Positions 27,844 to 41,791 are shown, counted from the first letter of the stretch. The stretch: 64,000 bases of DNA from Octopus vulgaris (GCA_951406725.2 OX597842.1:868001-932000); one strand, 5' to 3'. The notes: generated by a model not told the origin, from the letters alone. A program made the numbers and translations.

Positions 27844-27930
27844 TTAACAACAGAACAACTGCTTGCATTGGCATTAATGAGAAGCACAAGAACCGATATT
27901 TTCATAGAACGGTAATATTTCATTTTTAAG
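27844..27930 (-). other. Candidate internal exon (87 bp, phase 2-2)
   Basis: ttttgccaaaccctcgcAG | single open frame LKNENYRSMKISVLVLLINANASSCSVV | GTaagc; no homology recognised. Confidence 0.25.
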
Positions 27931-28355
27931 CCTGCGAGGGTTTGGCAAAACATTATTTTCACAAACCTGAATTCTTCCTTTCAAAAATATGACGGATTTT
28001 GTTTGGTCACAGAAAATTATTTCCATTTTTCACGAAACATTAACAGCATACATATGTCTGTACAAATATATATATATATACATACACACACATCTATGCT
28101 CATACATGTGTGTGAATATATATATTTATATACATATATATGTACACATACATATATACGCATATACATATATATATATATACACACATTCACATATGCA
28201 CGTATATATATATATATATATATATATGTACATATAAATATACACGAATGTTGATATTATATATATATATACATACATATATACGCATATATATATATAC
28301 ATACACACATTCTCATATACACATATATATATGTATATATACACACACACATTCC

Positions 28356-28391
<36 letters not shown>

Positions 28392-28474
28392 CATATATAT
28401 GTACACACATACATGCATATATATGTACATATAAATATACATGAATGCCCATATATACATATATATATACACAC

Positions 28475-28521
<47 letters not shown>

Positions 28522-29984
28522 ATATAATAAAGTATTGAAAAATGATATATATCCTGTTTCATTAATAATTCTCGTTGTCATTATTATTATTATTATTATC
28601 ATTAGTAGTTGTAGTAGTAGTAGTAGTAGTAGTAGTATTTTCATTATCCTATATATCACCATCCTTCTCCTCCAACTCCTCATCAACATTATCATCACCA
28701 ACATTGTCATTATTATGATTATCATCATCATTACCATCATCATTATTATCATCTAAGTTGGGTTTTTTTTTATTTCCCTTTCTCTTCTTCATCGAATAAT
28801 TCTTAAAAATTGTTGCTCCATTATATTTTTTGTTGTTGTTGTTCTTACTATTCCCCCAACTTCCCCCCACCAAAAAAAAAAAAATCCCAACAAAAACAAG
28901 AGAAAAAAAAAAAGAAAAATTCCATGCTTTACATCCATTTCTTTTTTATTTAATTTTATACCATTTTATTTTTTTTCTTAAACAGCATTAGTGTTGGTTG
29001 GTTTGATGGAGATGCAAATTTACACATTAGCATATGTCTTTTAAATTAACGTGTTTTTGAGGGAGCTTTTAAGATTTAGAATAGCGAATTTTTCTGGTTT
29101 TGCTTTTTTTTTTACATATTTTATAGATTTTTATATTATTTTCATCTTTATAGATGTTCATGTTTTACTTGGTTATAACAACAACAACAGTAATAACAAC
29201 ATCAATTTACAGGGCGAGCATTTATGTGGTCGTTCAATATGCTAGAAATACCAGTTAAATGTCTTTCAAACCAAGCTCAACTTTAAATAAAAAGGAAGAA
29301 TTCTTTACATATCCAGGTTTGGCTGTATGTTTAAGACACTTACTTTGTAACTGTGTGGTGTTAGGTTCAATTCCAGAGAGCAGAACCTTCGACAAGTGTT
29401 TTTTTTTACTATAACACCTAAGTGACCATTGCATGGAAACCTACTGTGTGGTAAGCAGCTTGCTTCCCAACCACATGGTTCTGGGTTCAGTCCCACTGCG
29501 TGGCACCTTGGGCAAGTGTCTTCTACTAAAGCCTTGGGCTGACCAATGTTGTGTGAGTGGATTTGGTAGATGGAAACTGAAAGAAGCAAAGTGTTGCTTC
29601 CCACTTGACAAATGGTGTTGGTGTGTTTACATCCCTATAACCTAGCAGTTCAGCAAAAGACCAACAGAATGAGTACCAGGCTTTAAAAAATCCTTCAAGG
29701 TGGTGCTCCAGCATGGCTGCAGCCTAATAACTGAAGGAGGTATAAAATAGATGATAAAAGATTGATCAAGACTGATTGGAAACACAATACCATAACACCA
29801 CCACCACCAATATCATCACCACCACCATAGCTACCATCACAAAAGTTAGCTAGACCTGTTAGAAATAGCAGCTAAATTTCCCTCAAATAACAACCTACTG
29901 TCTTATGTATGTATGTATGTATGTATGTATGAAGGAGACCTCTATATGGTAGCTAGACCTGTTAGAAATAGCAGCCAAATCTGC

Positions 29985-30210
29985 AGTGAGCTGGCAGAAA
30001 TGTTAGCATGCCGGGTGAAATGCTTAGTGGTATTTCGTCTGCCACTCCATTCTGAGTTCAAATTCTGCCAAGGTCGACTTTGCCTTTCATCCTTTCGGGG
30101 TCGATTAAATAAGTACCAGTTACACACTGGGGTCAATATAATCAACTTAATCAATTTGTCTGTCCTTGTTTGTCCCCTCTGTGTGTAGCCCCTTGTAGGT
30201 AGTAAAGAAA
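29985..30210 (+). mobile_element. SINE family B
   Basis: Family head, core and tail. Confidence 0.8.
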
Positions 30211-30348
30211 TCAGAAATAGCAGCCAAATCTTAATTTTATCAATAATTCCGTCAACAACAAAAAGCACAAAATGTTGCAAAACTAATAAGAAATTTGTAG
30301 GCAAATTTAACGAAGTGTACAGATTGAAGAGAAATTTTATGAACTTAC

Positions 30349-30493
30349 TTCTGTCAGCAAATTATGTATGAAATTACTTTCATCAGTAATTGTGAACTTC
30401 TTTCTGTCAGTAATTTGTTGTTGTTTGTAAATAGCAATTGAAAATTTACAGTGAAGACACTAGCGATTGAACTTAAAGTGAAAACAATAGCAT
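30349..30493 (-). other. Candidate non-coding (UTR/lncRNA/poison) exon, 145 bp
   Basis: Very strong acceptor ttttcactttcatttttcAG and consensus donor GAA|GTAAGT; all three frames contain stops. Confidence 0.3.
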
Positions 30494-30857
30494 CTGAAAA
30501 ATGAAAGTGAAAACAACAGAAAATGAGTGAGATATAGAGAGTGGCAGAGAGAGCTAGCTAGTTAGACAAATAAGATAGATATAGATAGACAGATAGATAC
30601 GTATATATAATATATATATACAACAAGAAATACTATTTGCCTCTTATGGAAACAAAAGGGTTTATAGGACTGCAAAAAAAAGGACTGAAACATAAATGCA
30701 ACAGAGATAAAGAAACATTGTTTTTCATACAAACACTAAATTCGAGTCAACGACTTTATATACAACACCGTATCTTTGAATGTACTTTATGAGGGGAGTA
30801 AAAAAATTTTTCTAAAATAATTTTAATCGCTTGATAAAACTTCTTTAGTTGCTTTAT

Positions 30858-31900
30858 ACTCTTTCACTCTCTTTTACTTGTTTCAGTCATTTGACTGTGG
30901 CCATGCTGGAGCACTGCCTTTGTAAGCCTAGTACTTATTCTATCGGTCTCTTTTTGCCGAACTGCTAAGTTACGGGGACATGAACACACCAGCATCAGTT
31001 GTCAAGCGATGTTGAGGGGACAAACACAGACAAACACACACACACACACACATATACATTCATACATATATATGACTGGCTTCTTTCAGTTTCTGTCTAC
31101 CAAATCGACTCACAAGACTTTGGTCGGCCCGAGGCTATAGTAGAAGACACTTGCCCAAGGTGCCATGCAGTGGGACTGAACCTGGAACCATGTGGTTGGT
31201 AAGCAAACTACTTACCACACAGCCACTCCTACGCCTATATTTTATTTTATCTTTACTAGTTTTTTGGTAGTTTGGTACACTTTAGAATTTTTATGAATTT
31301 TTAGTCGTTTATATTTACCTTTTTGATAGGCCGTCCTATTCGTATTTTATTTGCCTATATATTTTTACCTTCTGTTTTTTTTATGTATATGTACATTTTT
31401 TATATGTTTAAAAACCATGGTGATATTTATATGTGATTAAATATTTGAGGTATGATGTTATATATAAAGTCGTTAACTCAAATTTAATGTTTGTTCTATA
31501 ACCAATGTTTCTTTATATATAGGCATAGGAGTGGTTGTGTGGTAAGTAGCTTGCTTACCAACCACATGGTTCCTGTTTCAGTCCCCCTGCAGGGCACCTT
31601 GGCCAAGTGTCTTCTACTATAGCCTAGGACCAACCAAAGCCTTGTGAAGGGTCTTGGTAGATGGAAACTGAAAGAAGCTTGTCGTATATAAATATATGTT
31701 TGTGTGTCTGTTTGTCCTCCCACTATCGCTTGACAATCGATGTTGGTGTGTTTATGTCCCCATCACTTGGCAGTTCAGCAAAAAGAGACTGATAGAATAA
31801 GTACTAGGCTTACAAAGAATGAGTACTGGTGTTGATTTGTTTGACTAAAGGTGGTGCTCCAGCATGGCCACAGTCAAATGACTGAAACAAGTAAAAGTGT
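30858..31900. mobile_element. Two SINE A copies in divergent (inverted) orientation: 30858-31235 (-) and 31522-31900 (+)
   Basis: Both match the family A consensus; ~290-bp spacer. Confidence 0.85.
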
Positions 31901-31996
31901 AACAGAAAAAAGAAATATATATATGAATATATTCATACATACATGCATATATATATATACACATATACATAGATACATATATATATATATACACAC

Positions 31997-32041
<45 letters not shown>

Positions 32042-32279
32042 TATATATAAGCATATGTTTGGGTGGTTGGTTTGTCTTCATTGGTTGTTCTTAAAGATGG
32101 TACAAAATCTCTGAGCAAACATCCACCTTCAAAGTGCCTCTGTCTTGCCCAGTGCCACAAACCCCACCATCACCACTACCATTGAAACTGAATCCCCCCC
32201 ACCACCACCATCACAACTACCACCTGAACTTCAGCCAATGTAGGCAATACTCTCACCCTATGCTTATCCTCATCTAGGA

Positions 32280-34152
32280 TGTTGTTGTTGGTGGTGGCAG
32301 TAGTATGTCCTTGCTGTTTACCTGGCAAAGATGGTGACAAAAGACAGAAATCTTCACCTGGAAATCAAAAGAAGAATAGTGCTTGTTTGAGCAGCCTCTA
32401 GGAAGGTGAGAAACCTCATGTGAAGTCCCAAAACTTCCATGAAAATTAAAAGAAAGATCTTTGAGTATATCCTGCCAGTAATGATTCACGACAATAAAAA
32501 CATTGGCTCTCACTCACAACCATCATAAATGCCCTGATTGTAGTCCGGTGGAGAATGAAATGAATCATGCTTGGCATCATATTGTGGGACAAAACCACCA
32601 GCACCAGGATTCCCCAGCACATGAGAGTCATCAACATCATAAGGACTATCAAGGGGAACAAATATAGATGGGGTGGCCACATTGTGTGACTGGAGGGCAA
32701 TCAGGTTGATAGAATGGGCAACAAGAAAATGGACAAGATCTTTCTTTTATCACTCCTGGAGGAAGACCCTCTTCCAAGACTCCTTCTATCACTGTCTGTC
32801 TCTGTCTGGCCACAGCCATCAGGGCCCAGGTGGTGGGTGACATCATCTCACCATCATATCTTTGGTCAATCTCTTGATCTTGTCCATTGTCTTGGTGTCT
32901 GTTCTGTCACCCTGATTGTCCATCTCTTGTACTTCAGTCACACAATGTGGCCACCCCATCTATATTTGTTCTCCTTCATGGTTCTTATGATGTTGTTGAC
33001 TCTCATGTGCTGGGGAATCCAGGCATTTGGTTTTCTTGTTCCATATGATGCCAAGCATAAATTGTTCCATTTTTTATAGGGCTACATTGAAAGTATTCTC
33101 TGGCCAGTCATGGTCAAGTAGGCCCCAGATAACGAATGAGATCATCTCACCATCATGTCTTGGTCAGCATCTTTATCTTGTCCATTTTCTTGGTGTCCAT
33201 TCTATCAACCTGATTGTCCTTCTGTCACACAATGTGGCCACCCCATCTATATTTGTTCTCCCTGATGGTCTTTATGATGTTGTTGACTCTCATCTGCTGT
33301 TGAATCCAGGTATTTGGTTTTCTTGTTCCATAATATGATGCCAAGCATAAATTGTTTCATTTTCTGGGCTACAATGAGGGCATTCTCTGGTCAGGTTGTG
33401 GATGAGATCATCTTGCCATTATGTCTTTGGTCAGCCTCTTTATCTTGTCCACTGTCTAGCTGTCCATTCCATCTCTCTGATTGTCCATCTCTTGTCCTCG
33501 AGTCATTTGACGTGGTCAGCCCTTCTATATTTGTTCTCCTTCATGGTTCTATGTTGTCAACTCTCGTCTGCAATTGAATCCAAGTATTGGTCTTCTTGTC
33601 CCACAATGTGATACCAAGCATAAATTGTTCCATTTTTTATTGGGCCACATTGAGGCTATTCTCTGGCCAGTCATGAGATCATCTCACCATCATGTCTTGG
33701 TCAGCCTCTTTATCTTGTCCATTTTCTTGTTGCCCATTCTATCAACCTGATTGCCCTCCAGTCACACAATGTGGCCACCCCATCTATATTTGTTCCCCTT
33801 GATAGTCCTTATGATGTTGATGACTCTCATGTGCTGGGGAATCCTGGCGCTGGTGTTTTTGTCCCACAATGTGATGCCAGGCATGATTCGTTTCATTTTC
33901 CACTGGGCTACAATCAGGGCGTTTATGATGGTCGTGTTGAGCGCCAATGGTTTTATTGTCGCAAATCATCACTGGCAGGATATTCTCAAAGACTTTTCTT
34001 TTAATTTTCATGGAAGTTTTGGGACTTCACATGAGGTTTCACACCTTCCTAGAGGCTGCTCAAACAAGCACCATTCTTTCCTTGATTTCCAGGTGAAGAT
34101 TTCTGTCATTTGTCACCATCTTTGCCAGGTAAACAGCAAGGACATACTACTG

Positions 34153-34170
<18 letters not shown>
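32280..34170. mobile_element. Ancient RTE-clade LINE fragment rearranged into an inverted repeat (arms 32280-32739 / 33712-34170) with internal ~270-300-bp tandem copies
   Basis: Degenerate YLAKMV...EIKRRI...KIKRKIFEYILPVM...MLGI...YRWGGHIV on the plus strand in the left arm and minus strand in the right arm; tandem units start near 32842, 33140, 33405 and 33677. Confidence 0.85.
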
Positions 34171-34183
<13 letters not shown>

Positions 34184-34639
34184 CAAAAACAACATCACAA
34201 CAATCATCATCATTGTCACCATCATAAACAGTATCACTGTCACCACCACTACCACCACTACTACTACATATACCACCACCATCACCACCACCACTGTCTT
34301 TATCACTTTCACTACCACTACCATCACTACCATTACCACTATCATCATCACCACCAACAACAACAACAAAAACATCACAACAATCATCATGATTGTCACC
34401 ATCATAAACAGTACCACTGTCACCACCACCACCACCACCACCACCACTACTACCACCATCACCACCACCATCATCATCATCATCACTGACACCAACACTA
34501 CCACTACCATCACCATTTTATCCCCACCACCATCACCATCAAAACCACCACCATCACAGTAATTTTTAAATCCAACCAATTTTAGAATCTGGGATTGTGC
34601 CACTGACAAATTTAAGTGTGTGTATGTGTGTGTGTGTGT

Positions 34640-34722
<83 letters not shown>

Positions 34723-34750
34723 TGTGTGTGTATGTGTGTGTGTGTGTGTG
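34140..34750. repeat. (ACC/AAC/ATC)n followed by (TG)n microsatellites
   Basis: Direct inspection. Confidence 0.9.
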
Positions 34751-35830
34751 AACCTGTGTATGGCTGTGTGCGTGTGAAACAGAGTCTGAGTATGGGGGAG
34801 AGGGGACAAAGTGAGTATTAACCTGTGCTTTAATAGGTGTGTGTGTGAGTGTGTGTGAGATAGATAGAGAGAGAGAGAGTGTTTGTATGTATATATGTGA
34901 CAGAGGGAGAAAAAGAGAGTTTGAGTGGCGGAGAGAGGTAACAGAGGGAGTAGGCCTATGCGAATGTGTGTGTATGTGTGTGTGTGTGAACTGTCTGCAA
35001 GTGGTGTTTGTGTGTATGTAGAAGTGTGTATGTGTATATATTTGTCTTACTGTTTACTAATAGGTATCTTTGTATGTGTGAGTCCATACCTTGCTAAGAG
35101 CATGTGTGTGTGTGTGTGTGTGTGTGTATGAAAGGGACAAGGTAAAAGTGTTAGAGAGAGGGAGGGAAGGACATGGTATGTGTGAAAGACAATGAAAGAG
35201 GTGTATGTATATGTGTGTGTAACAGAGTAAGTGTGTATGTGTGTGTGTGTGTGTAACAGAGTGTGTATGTGTGTGTGTGTAACAGAGTAAGTGTGTATGT
35301 GTGTAACACAGTAAGTGTGTATGTATGTGTGTGTAACAGAATAAGTGTGTATGTGTGTCTGTGTGTGTAACAGAGTAAGTGTGTATGTGTGTGTGTATAC
35401 TGGTGCATATGCTGGTGTGTATGTGTACATATGCTTGTATGTGTGTGTGTATATATGCTGGTGTGTGTGTCTACATATACTTGTGTGTGTGTGTGTGTGC
35501 GTATATTAGTGAGAGAGAGAGAAAGAGAGTGAATGTGTGTGTGTGTGTGTGTGTGTGAGCATTTATCTGTCAGTGTGTTTGAGTGCATATGTGTATATGC
35601 GTTTGTTTTAGTGTGAGTGTGTGTGTGATGGTGTCTCTGTGTGTGTGTGCTGGTGTGTGTGTGTGTGTGTATGCATATGTTGGTGAGTGAGAGAGAGAAA
35701 AGAGTATGTGCGTGTGTGTGTGTGTGCATATGTATCATTGTGTTTGTTTTGGTGTGTGTGTGTGTACATATGCTGGTGTGTGTGTATGTGTGTGTGTGTG
35801 TGTGCATGTTAGTGAGAGAGAGAGAGTATA

Positions 35831-37198
35831 TATTAGTTAGTTAGTTAGTAAAGTTTTTGGCTCAAAAAGCAAAAAGCAAGGCCATGTAGGGGGACATGGA
35901 GTTATGTACAGGGTGGTGTACATGTAAAGAGTTCAGGTCACTTGAGGTCAAGGGAGACTTTGAACCAAGCGGTCGTTGGAATCTTCACCATCTCGTCTGG
36001 CAGCTTATCCCACGGATCCGCAACCGGGATGGAGAAAGCCCCTCTCCTTCGATTGAGATGAAATTTTGCAGATAGAGCTTTTCGGAGTGACCCCGCAGCC
36101 GACGTTCTGGAGCAGGAGTGAAGAACAGCTCTTTCGAGAGGTTACACTTTCCGCTTATGATGTTGTGAGCAAGAATGAGATCACCACGGCGTCGTCTAGG
36201 GGGACATGGAGTTATGTACAGGGTGGTGTTCATGCAAAGAGTTCAGGCCATTTCTGGTCAAGAGAGACTTTGAACCGAGCGGTCGTCGGCATCTTCACTA
36301 TCTCGTCCGGCAGCTTATTCCACGGATCCGCAACCCGGACGGAGAAAGCCCCTCTCCTTCGATTGAGATGAAACCGTCGTAGATAGAGCTTTTCGGAGTG
36401 TCCCTGCAGCCGACGCTCTGGAGCAGGAGTGAAGAACAGCTCTTTCGAGAGGTTACACCTTCCGCTTATGATGTTGTGAGCAAGAATGAGATCACCACGG
36501 TGTTGTCTAGGGGGACATGGAGTTAAAGGGTGGTGTTCATGTAAAGAGTTCAGGCCACTTGAGGCCAAGGGAGACTTTGAACAAAGCGGTCGTCGGCATC
36601 TTCACTATCTCGTCTGGCAGCTTGTTCCACGGATCCGCAACCCAGACGGAGAAAGCCCCTCTCCTTCAATTGAGATGAAATCGTCGCAGATAGAGCTTTT
36701 CATAGTGTCCCCGCAGCCAACGCTCTGGAGCAGGAGTGAAGAACAGCTCTTTCGAGAGGTTACACTTTCCGCTTATGATGTTGTGAGCAAGAATGAGATC
36801 ACCACGGTGTTGTCTAGGGGGACATGGAGTTATGTAAAGGGTGGTGTTCATGTAAAGAGTTCAGGCCACTTGAGGCCAAGGGAGACTTTGAACAAAGCGG
36901 TCGTCGGCATCTTCACTATCTCGTCTGGCAGCTTGTTCCACGGATCCGCAACCCGGACGGAGAAAGCCCCTCTCTTTTGATTGAGATGAAATCGTCACAG
37001 ATAGAGCTTTTCGGAGTGACCCCGCAGACGACGCTCTGGAGCAGGAGTGAAGAACAGCTCTTTGGAGAGGTTACTCTTTCTGCTTATGATGTTGTGAGCG
37101 AGAATGAGATCACCACGGCGTCGTCGTTTTTCTAGAGAATAAAAGTCGAGCGTCTTCAGCCTTTCTTTATAAGACAAATGCTTGAGACCAAGAACCAG
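35831..37198 (-). mobile_element. CR1-clade LINE 3' end, four tandem ~310-bp copies, (CTAA)n tail
   Basis: GLKHLSYKERL...SLEKRRRRGDLI...LRGHSEKL...FSVRVADPWNKLP; unit boundaries at ~35887, 36197, 36508 and 36815. Confidence 0.9.
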
Positions 37199-37612
37199 TG
37201 AGTGTGTGTGTGTATGTGAACATTTATCTGTCAGTGTGTCTGAGTGCATGTGTATGTGTTTGCTTTGGTGTGTTGTGTGTGTGTGTGCGTATGTTGGTGA
37301 GAGAGAGAAAGAAAGAGTATATGTGTGTGTGTGCATATGTAGCTTTGTGCTTGCTTTGGTGTGTGTGTTTGTGTGTGTATGTATGCGTGCATATTTGTCT
37401 GTGTGCACCTGAATCTGTCTGCATGTGTATGCACCTGTCTGCGTGTGTGTACATATCTATGCATGGGCTTGTGTGTATGTATATGTGCTTGCTTTGGTGC
37501 ACGTGTGTGTGTGCTTGTTCGTGTTTGAGTGTGTATATCTGCCTCTGTGTGCATATGTGTGAGTATATGTATGTTTTAGAGCTGTGTGAGGGTGGGTTTC
37601 AAGCTGGGCTGC

Positions 37613-38183
37613 TGGTGGTAATGGTGGTGGTGGTAGTAATGTTGTTGTTGTTGGTGGTGGTGGTAATGGTGGTGGTGGTGGTAATGGTAGTGGTGGTGGT
37701 GATGGTGGTGGTGGTGGTAATGGTAGTGGTGGTGGTAATGTTGTTGGTGGTGGTGGTAATGGTAGTGGTGGTGGTAATGGTGGTGGTGGTGATGGTGGTG
37801 GTAATGATGGTGGTAATGTTGTTGATGGTGGTGGTGGTGGTGGTGGTGGTGGTGGTGGTGGTGGGTGGTGGTGGTGGTAATGATGGTGGTAATGCTGTTG
37901 TTGGTGGTGGTGGTAATGGTGGTGGTGGTGGTAATGGTGGTGGTGGTAATGGTAATGATGGTGGTAATGTTGTTGGTGGTGGTAATGGTGGTGGTGGTGG
38001 TAATGGTGGTGGTGGTGGTGGTAATGGTAATGATGGTGGTAATGTTGTTGTTGTTGTTGGTGGTGGTGGTAATGGTGGTGGCGGTGGTAATGGTGGTTGT
38101 GGTGGTGGTAGTAATGTTGGTTGTGGTGGTGGTGGTGATTGTGGTAATGGTGGGGGTGGTGATTGTGGTAGTGGTTGTGGTGG
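37613..38183. repeat. (GGT)n/(GGTAAT) trinucleotide-based repeat
   Basis: Direct inspection; source of the poly-G/V/P/T pseudo-ORFs. Confidence 0.92.
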
Positions 38184-38561
38184 TATATAAGTGGTAATTA
38201 TCACCTAGGTGATAGAGAGGATAGTTGAGGGGTGGGGGAGAAAGTGAGGCAGAGTGAAGGTGTGTGTGTACGTGTGACTGAATGTGTATGTGTGTGTGTG
38301 TGAAAGAGAGACAGATAGGGAGAAAGTGTGTGTGTGTGTGTGATACTGTATGTGTATTTGTGTAGGTGACACTGCGTGTGTGTGTGTGGGGGGAAGAAAC
38401 GATAGAAAGAGGGTGAGAGAGACTGTGTATATATGTGTATATATGTGTGAAAGAGTGATAGTGTGTATGCGTATATTTGTGTGAGAAAGAATGTGTATGT
38501 GTATATGATGTGACACAGTATGTGTGTGGTGTGTTCATGAGAGAGAGAGAGAGAATGTGTG

Positions 38562-38600
<39 letters not shown>

Positions 38601-38700
38601 ACAGAAAGTAAAAGTGTTTGTGTGGGTGAGAAAGAAAAAAAAAGAAACAAAGAAATGGGTAGAGAGAGAGAGAGAAAGTGAGAAAAATATATATATATAT

Positions 38701-38753
38701 AACAAAACTGTCCGATGAACAGGAATGTGAAACTCCGAGTAAAAGGTTTTGTT
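38701..38753 (+). ncRNA. Degenerate hammerhead-like motif (second, more decayed copy at 50828-50879)
   Basis: AACAAAACTGT-CCGATGA-ACA-GGAA-TGT-GAAA-CTCCGAG-TA-AAAGGTTTTGTT; U4 replaced by C and stem I imperfect. Confidence 0.4.
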
Positions 38754-38780
38754 GAATTTCTGCTGCTGCTTTTAAATAAA

Positions 38781-38822
<42 letters not shown>

Positions 38823-38824
<2 letters not shown>

Positions 38825-38848
38825 GGGTCAACTGGGGTCTGTGAAGCT

Positions 38849-38898
<50 letters not shown>

Positions 38899-38924
38899 AG
38901 CTTCACAGACCCCAGTTGACCCGT
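38823..38924. repeat. Perfect 102-bp palindrome centred on (AT)23 at the 5' end of an RTE 3'-tail fragment
   Basis: ACGGGTCAACTGGGGTCTGTGAAGCTGG-(AT)23-CCAGCTTCACAGACCCCAGTTGACCCGT. Confidence 0.95.
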
Positions 38925-39257
38925 CCAACCCATGCTAGCATGGAAAGCGGACGCTAAATGATGATGATGATGATAATGATATATATATATATATACCCGT
39001 GCTAGCACGGAAAACGGATGTTAAACGATGATGATGATGATGATATATACATATAAGAGAGAGAGGGTGAGTGACTATACAGGAGAGAAATAGAGAGAGA
39101 GAGAGAGAGAATGAGGGAGAAAGATAAAGAGGGTAATAAAACAAAGAGAGACTGGAAGTGAGAAAGGCAGAGTGACAAGTGACATGGAGATGAGATAGAG
39201 AGGGAGAGAGAGTGTGTGTGTGTGAGAGAGAGAGAAAGCATGAGAGGGAAACAGAGC

Positions 39258-39291
<34 letters not shown>

Positions 39292-39419
39292 CAGAAAGAT
39301 AGACAGGCAGGTAAAGAGGAAGAGAAACAGGCAGGAATAAAGACTAACAGACAAAGAAATAAATAGGAAGAGAGAGAGACAGATATTCAGACACGCAGGA
39401 AGAGATGGAAGGAAATATA

Positions 39420-39475
<56 letters not shown>

Positions 39476-39479
39476 TAAT

Positions 39480-39884
39480 CTTTTACTTGTTTCAGTCATT
39501 TGACTGCGGCCATGCTGGAGCACTGCCTTTAATCGAGCAACTCGACCCCGGGACTTATTCTTTTGTAAGCCCAGTACTTATTCTATCGGTCTCTTTTGCC
39601 GAACCGCTAAGTGACGGGGACATAAACACACCAGCATCGGTTGTCAAGCAATGCTAGGGGGACAAACACAGACACACAAACACACACATATTACTTATAC
39701 ATATATATGTATGCATATATACAACAGGCTTCTTTCAGTTTCCGTCTACCAAATCCACTCACAAGGCTTCGGTCAGCCTGGGGTTATAGTAGAAGACACT
39801 CGCCCAAGATGCCACGCAGTGGGACTGAACCCGGAACCATGTGGTTGGTAAGCTAGCTACTTACCACACAGTCACTTCTGTGCC

Positions 39885-39885
<1 letters not shown>
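39480..39885 (-). mobile_element. SINE family A, full length
   Basis: Family consensus match. Confidence 0.88.
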
Positions 39886-39909
<24 letters not shown>

Positions 39910-39936
<27 letters not shown>

Positions 39937-40189
39937 ATCAGGCAGAAAGACAGATAGACCAGCAGATAAATAGTTGGATAGACTTTGATTGATAGATAGA
40001 AGGATGGATGGATAAACAGACAGGTAGACAGACAGACAGACAGGCATGTAGAAAGCTAGATAGACACATAGATTGAATAGACAGAGAGAGAAAGAGAGAT
40101 ACAGAAAGAGAGAGCAAGAAATAAAGACAGGCAGACAGCGAGGGAGATAGATAGATGGATAAATAGAATAGACAGACAGACAAATAGGT

Positions 40190-40221
<32 letters not shown>

Positions 40222-40352
40222 TGAGATAAATTGATAGATAGATAGAGAGAGAGAGAGAAATTGATAGATAGATAGATAGATAGATAGATAGAGAGAGAGG
40301 AGAGAGAGAGAAAAATTGATAGATAGACAGATAGATAGATAGAGAGAGAGAC

Positions 40353-40383
<31 letters not shown>

Positions 40384-40470
40384 AATAGAGAGAGAGAGAA
40401 ATTGATAGATAGATACAGAGAGACAGAGAGAATTTGATAGAGAGAGAGAGAGAGACAGAGAAATTGATAG

Positions 40471-40501
<31 letters not shown>

Positions 40502-40745
40502 AGGAGAGAGAGAGAAGGAGAGAGAGAAAAAATTGATAGATAGACAGATAGATAGATAGATAGATAGACAGACAGATAGATAGATAGATAGATAGACAGA
40601 TAGATAGATAGATAGATAGAAATAGAGAGAGAGAGAAATTGATAGATAGAGAGAGAGAGAGAGAGAAATTGATAGAGAGAGAGACAGAGAAATTGATAGA
40701 TAGATAGATAGAGAGAAAGAGAGGGGGGGATAGAGAGAAAGAAAT
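39910..40745. repeat. GA/GATA compound repeat punctuated by AAATT
   Basis: Direct inspection. Confidence 0.9.
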
Positions 40746-41363
40746 TGATGTGTTGGCATTTGAAATTCTCAACCAAATGTTGAATGCAGTTGTCACTTTG
40801 GAGTGGGGATTGAGTTTTGTGAAAACTGTCGGAAATTCTGAGAAGCTGGTGCCAATGTTACCTAATTAGTATTCATAACGAATGTATTAATTAGTTTTAA
40901 GTTTGGCAGCAAATGTTAACATGTTAGATGGAAAAGGAAAAATTGAGAAGAGAGACCTGTCTTACACCATAACACAAATCAATTTTAATTTCCTATCACA
41001 ACTAATAAAGCACGTTTGCTATATACACTCTGTATGCAAGTGTGTGTATATATATTTATACACAATCACTACCCATTAATGTAACGTAATTATACACACA
41101 TACACATCACAGACCTTCCTGAAATAGTCATGAGACAATAGAAAAAAAATCTCTTGGCGTACAATGCATGTGTTTTAATAATCAGCCGTGGCTGTGTGGT
41201 AAGGGGCTTGCTTCCCAACCACGTGGTTCTGGGTTCAGTCTCATCTATGGAGCGTCTTGGGCAAGTGTCTTCTGCCGTAGCCTTGGGACAATCAAAGCTT
41301 TGTGAGTTGATTTGGTAGACAGAAACTGAAAGACGCTTGTTGTGTATGTGTGTATACATGCAT

Positions 41364-41397
<34 letters not shown>

Positions 41398-41441
41398 GCA
41401 TATACACATCATTTATATATATATACATATGTATATATATG

Positions 41442-41476
<35 letters not shown>

Positions 41477-41496
41477 CATATGTATATACACACACG

Positions 41497-41534
<38 letters not shown>

Positions 41535-41678
41535 TACACATACGAAAGTAAGTGTGTTCATCCCACACTACCTCTTCACAACTTGTAGTTGATTCATTTG
41601 ACAAAGAATTCTTCAAGATGGTCTCCAGCATCGCTGCAATCTAATGACTGAAATAAGGTATATATATGTATGTGTGTG

Positions 41679-41711
<33 letters not shown>

Positions 41712-41743
41712 CTAAGAGGTATATATATATATATATACCTAAG

Positions 41744-41788
<45 letters not shown>

Positions 41789-41791
<3 letters not shown>

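Noticed and set aside
37198-38928. Gly-rich, Pro-rich and His/Thr-rich ORFs
   Set aside because: (GGT)n and (TG)n microsatellite translations.
40741-40870. Unique island open on both strands
   Set aside because: No convincing splice-site pair or homology.
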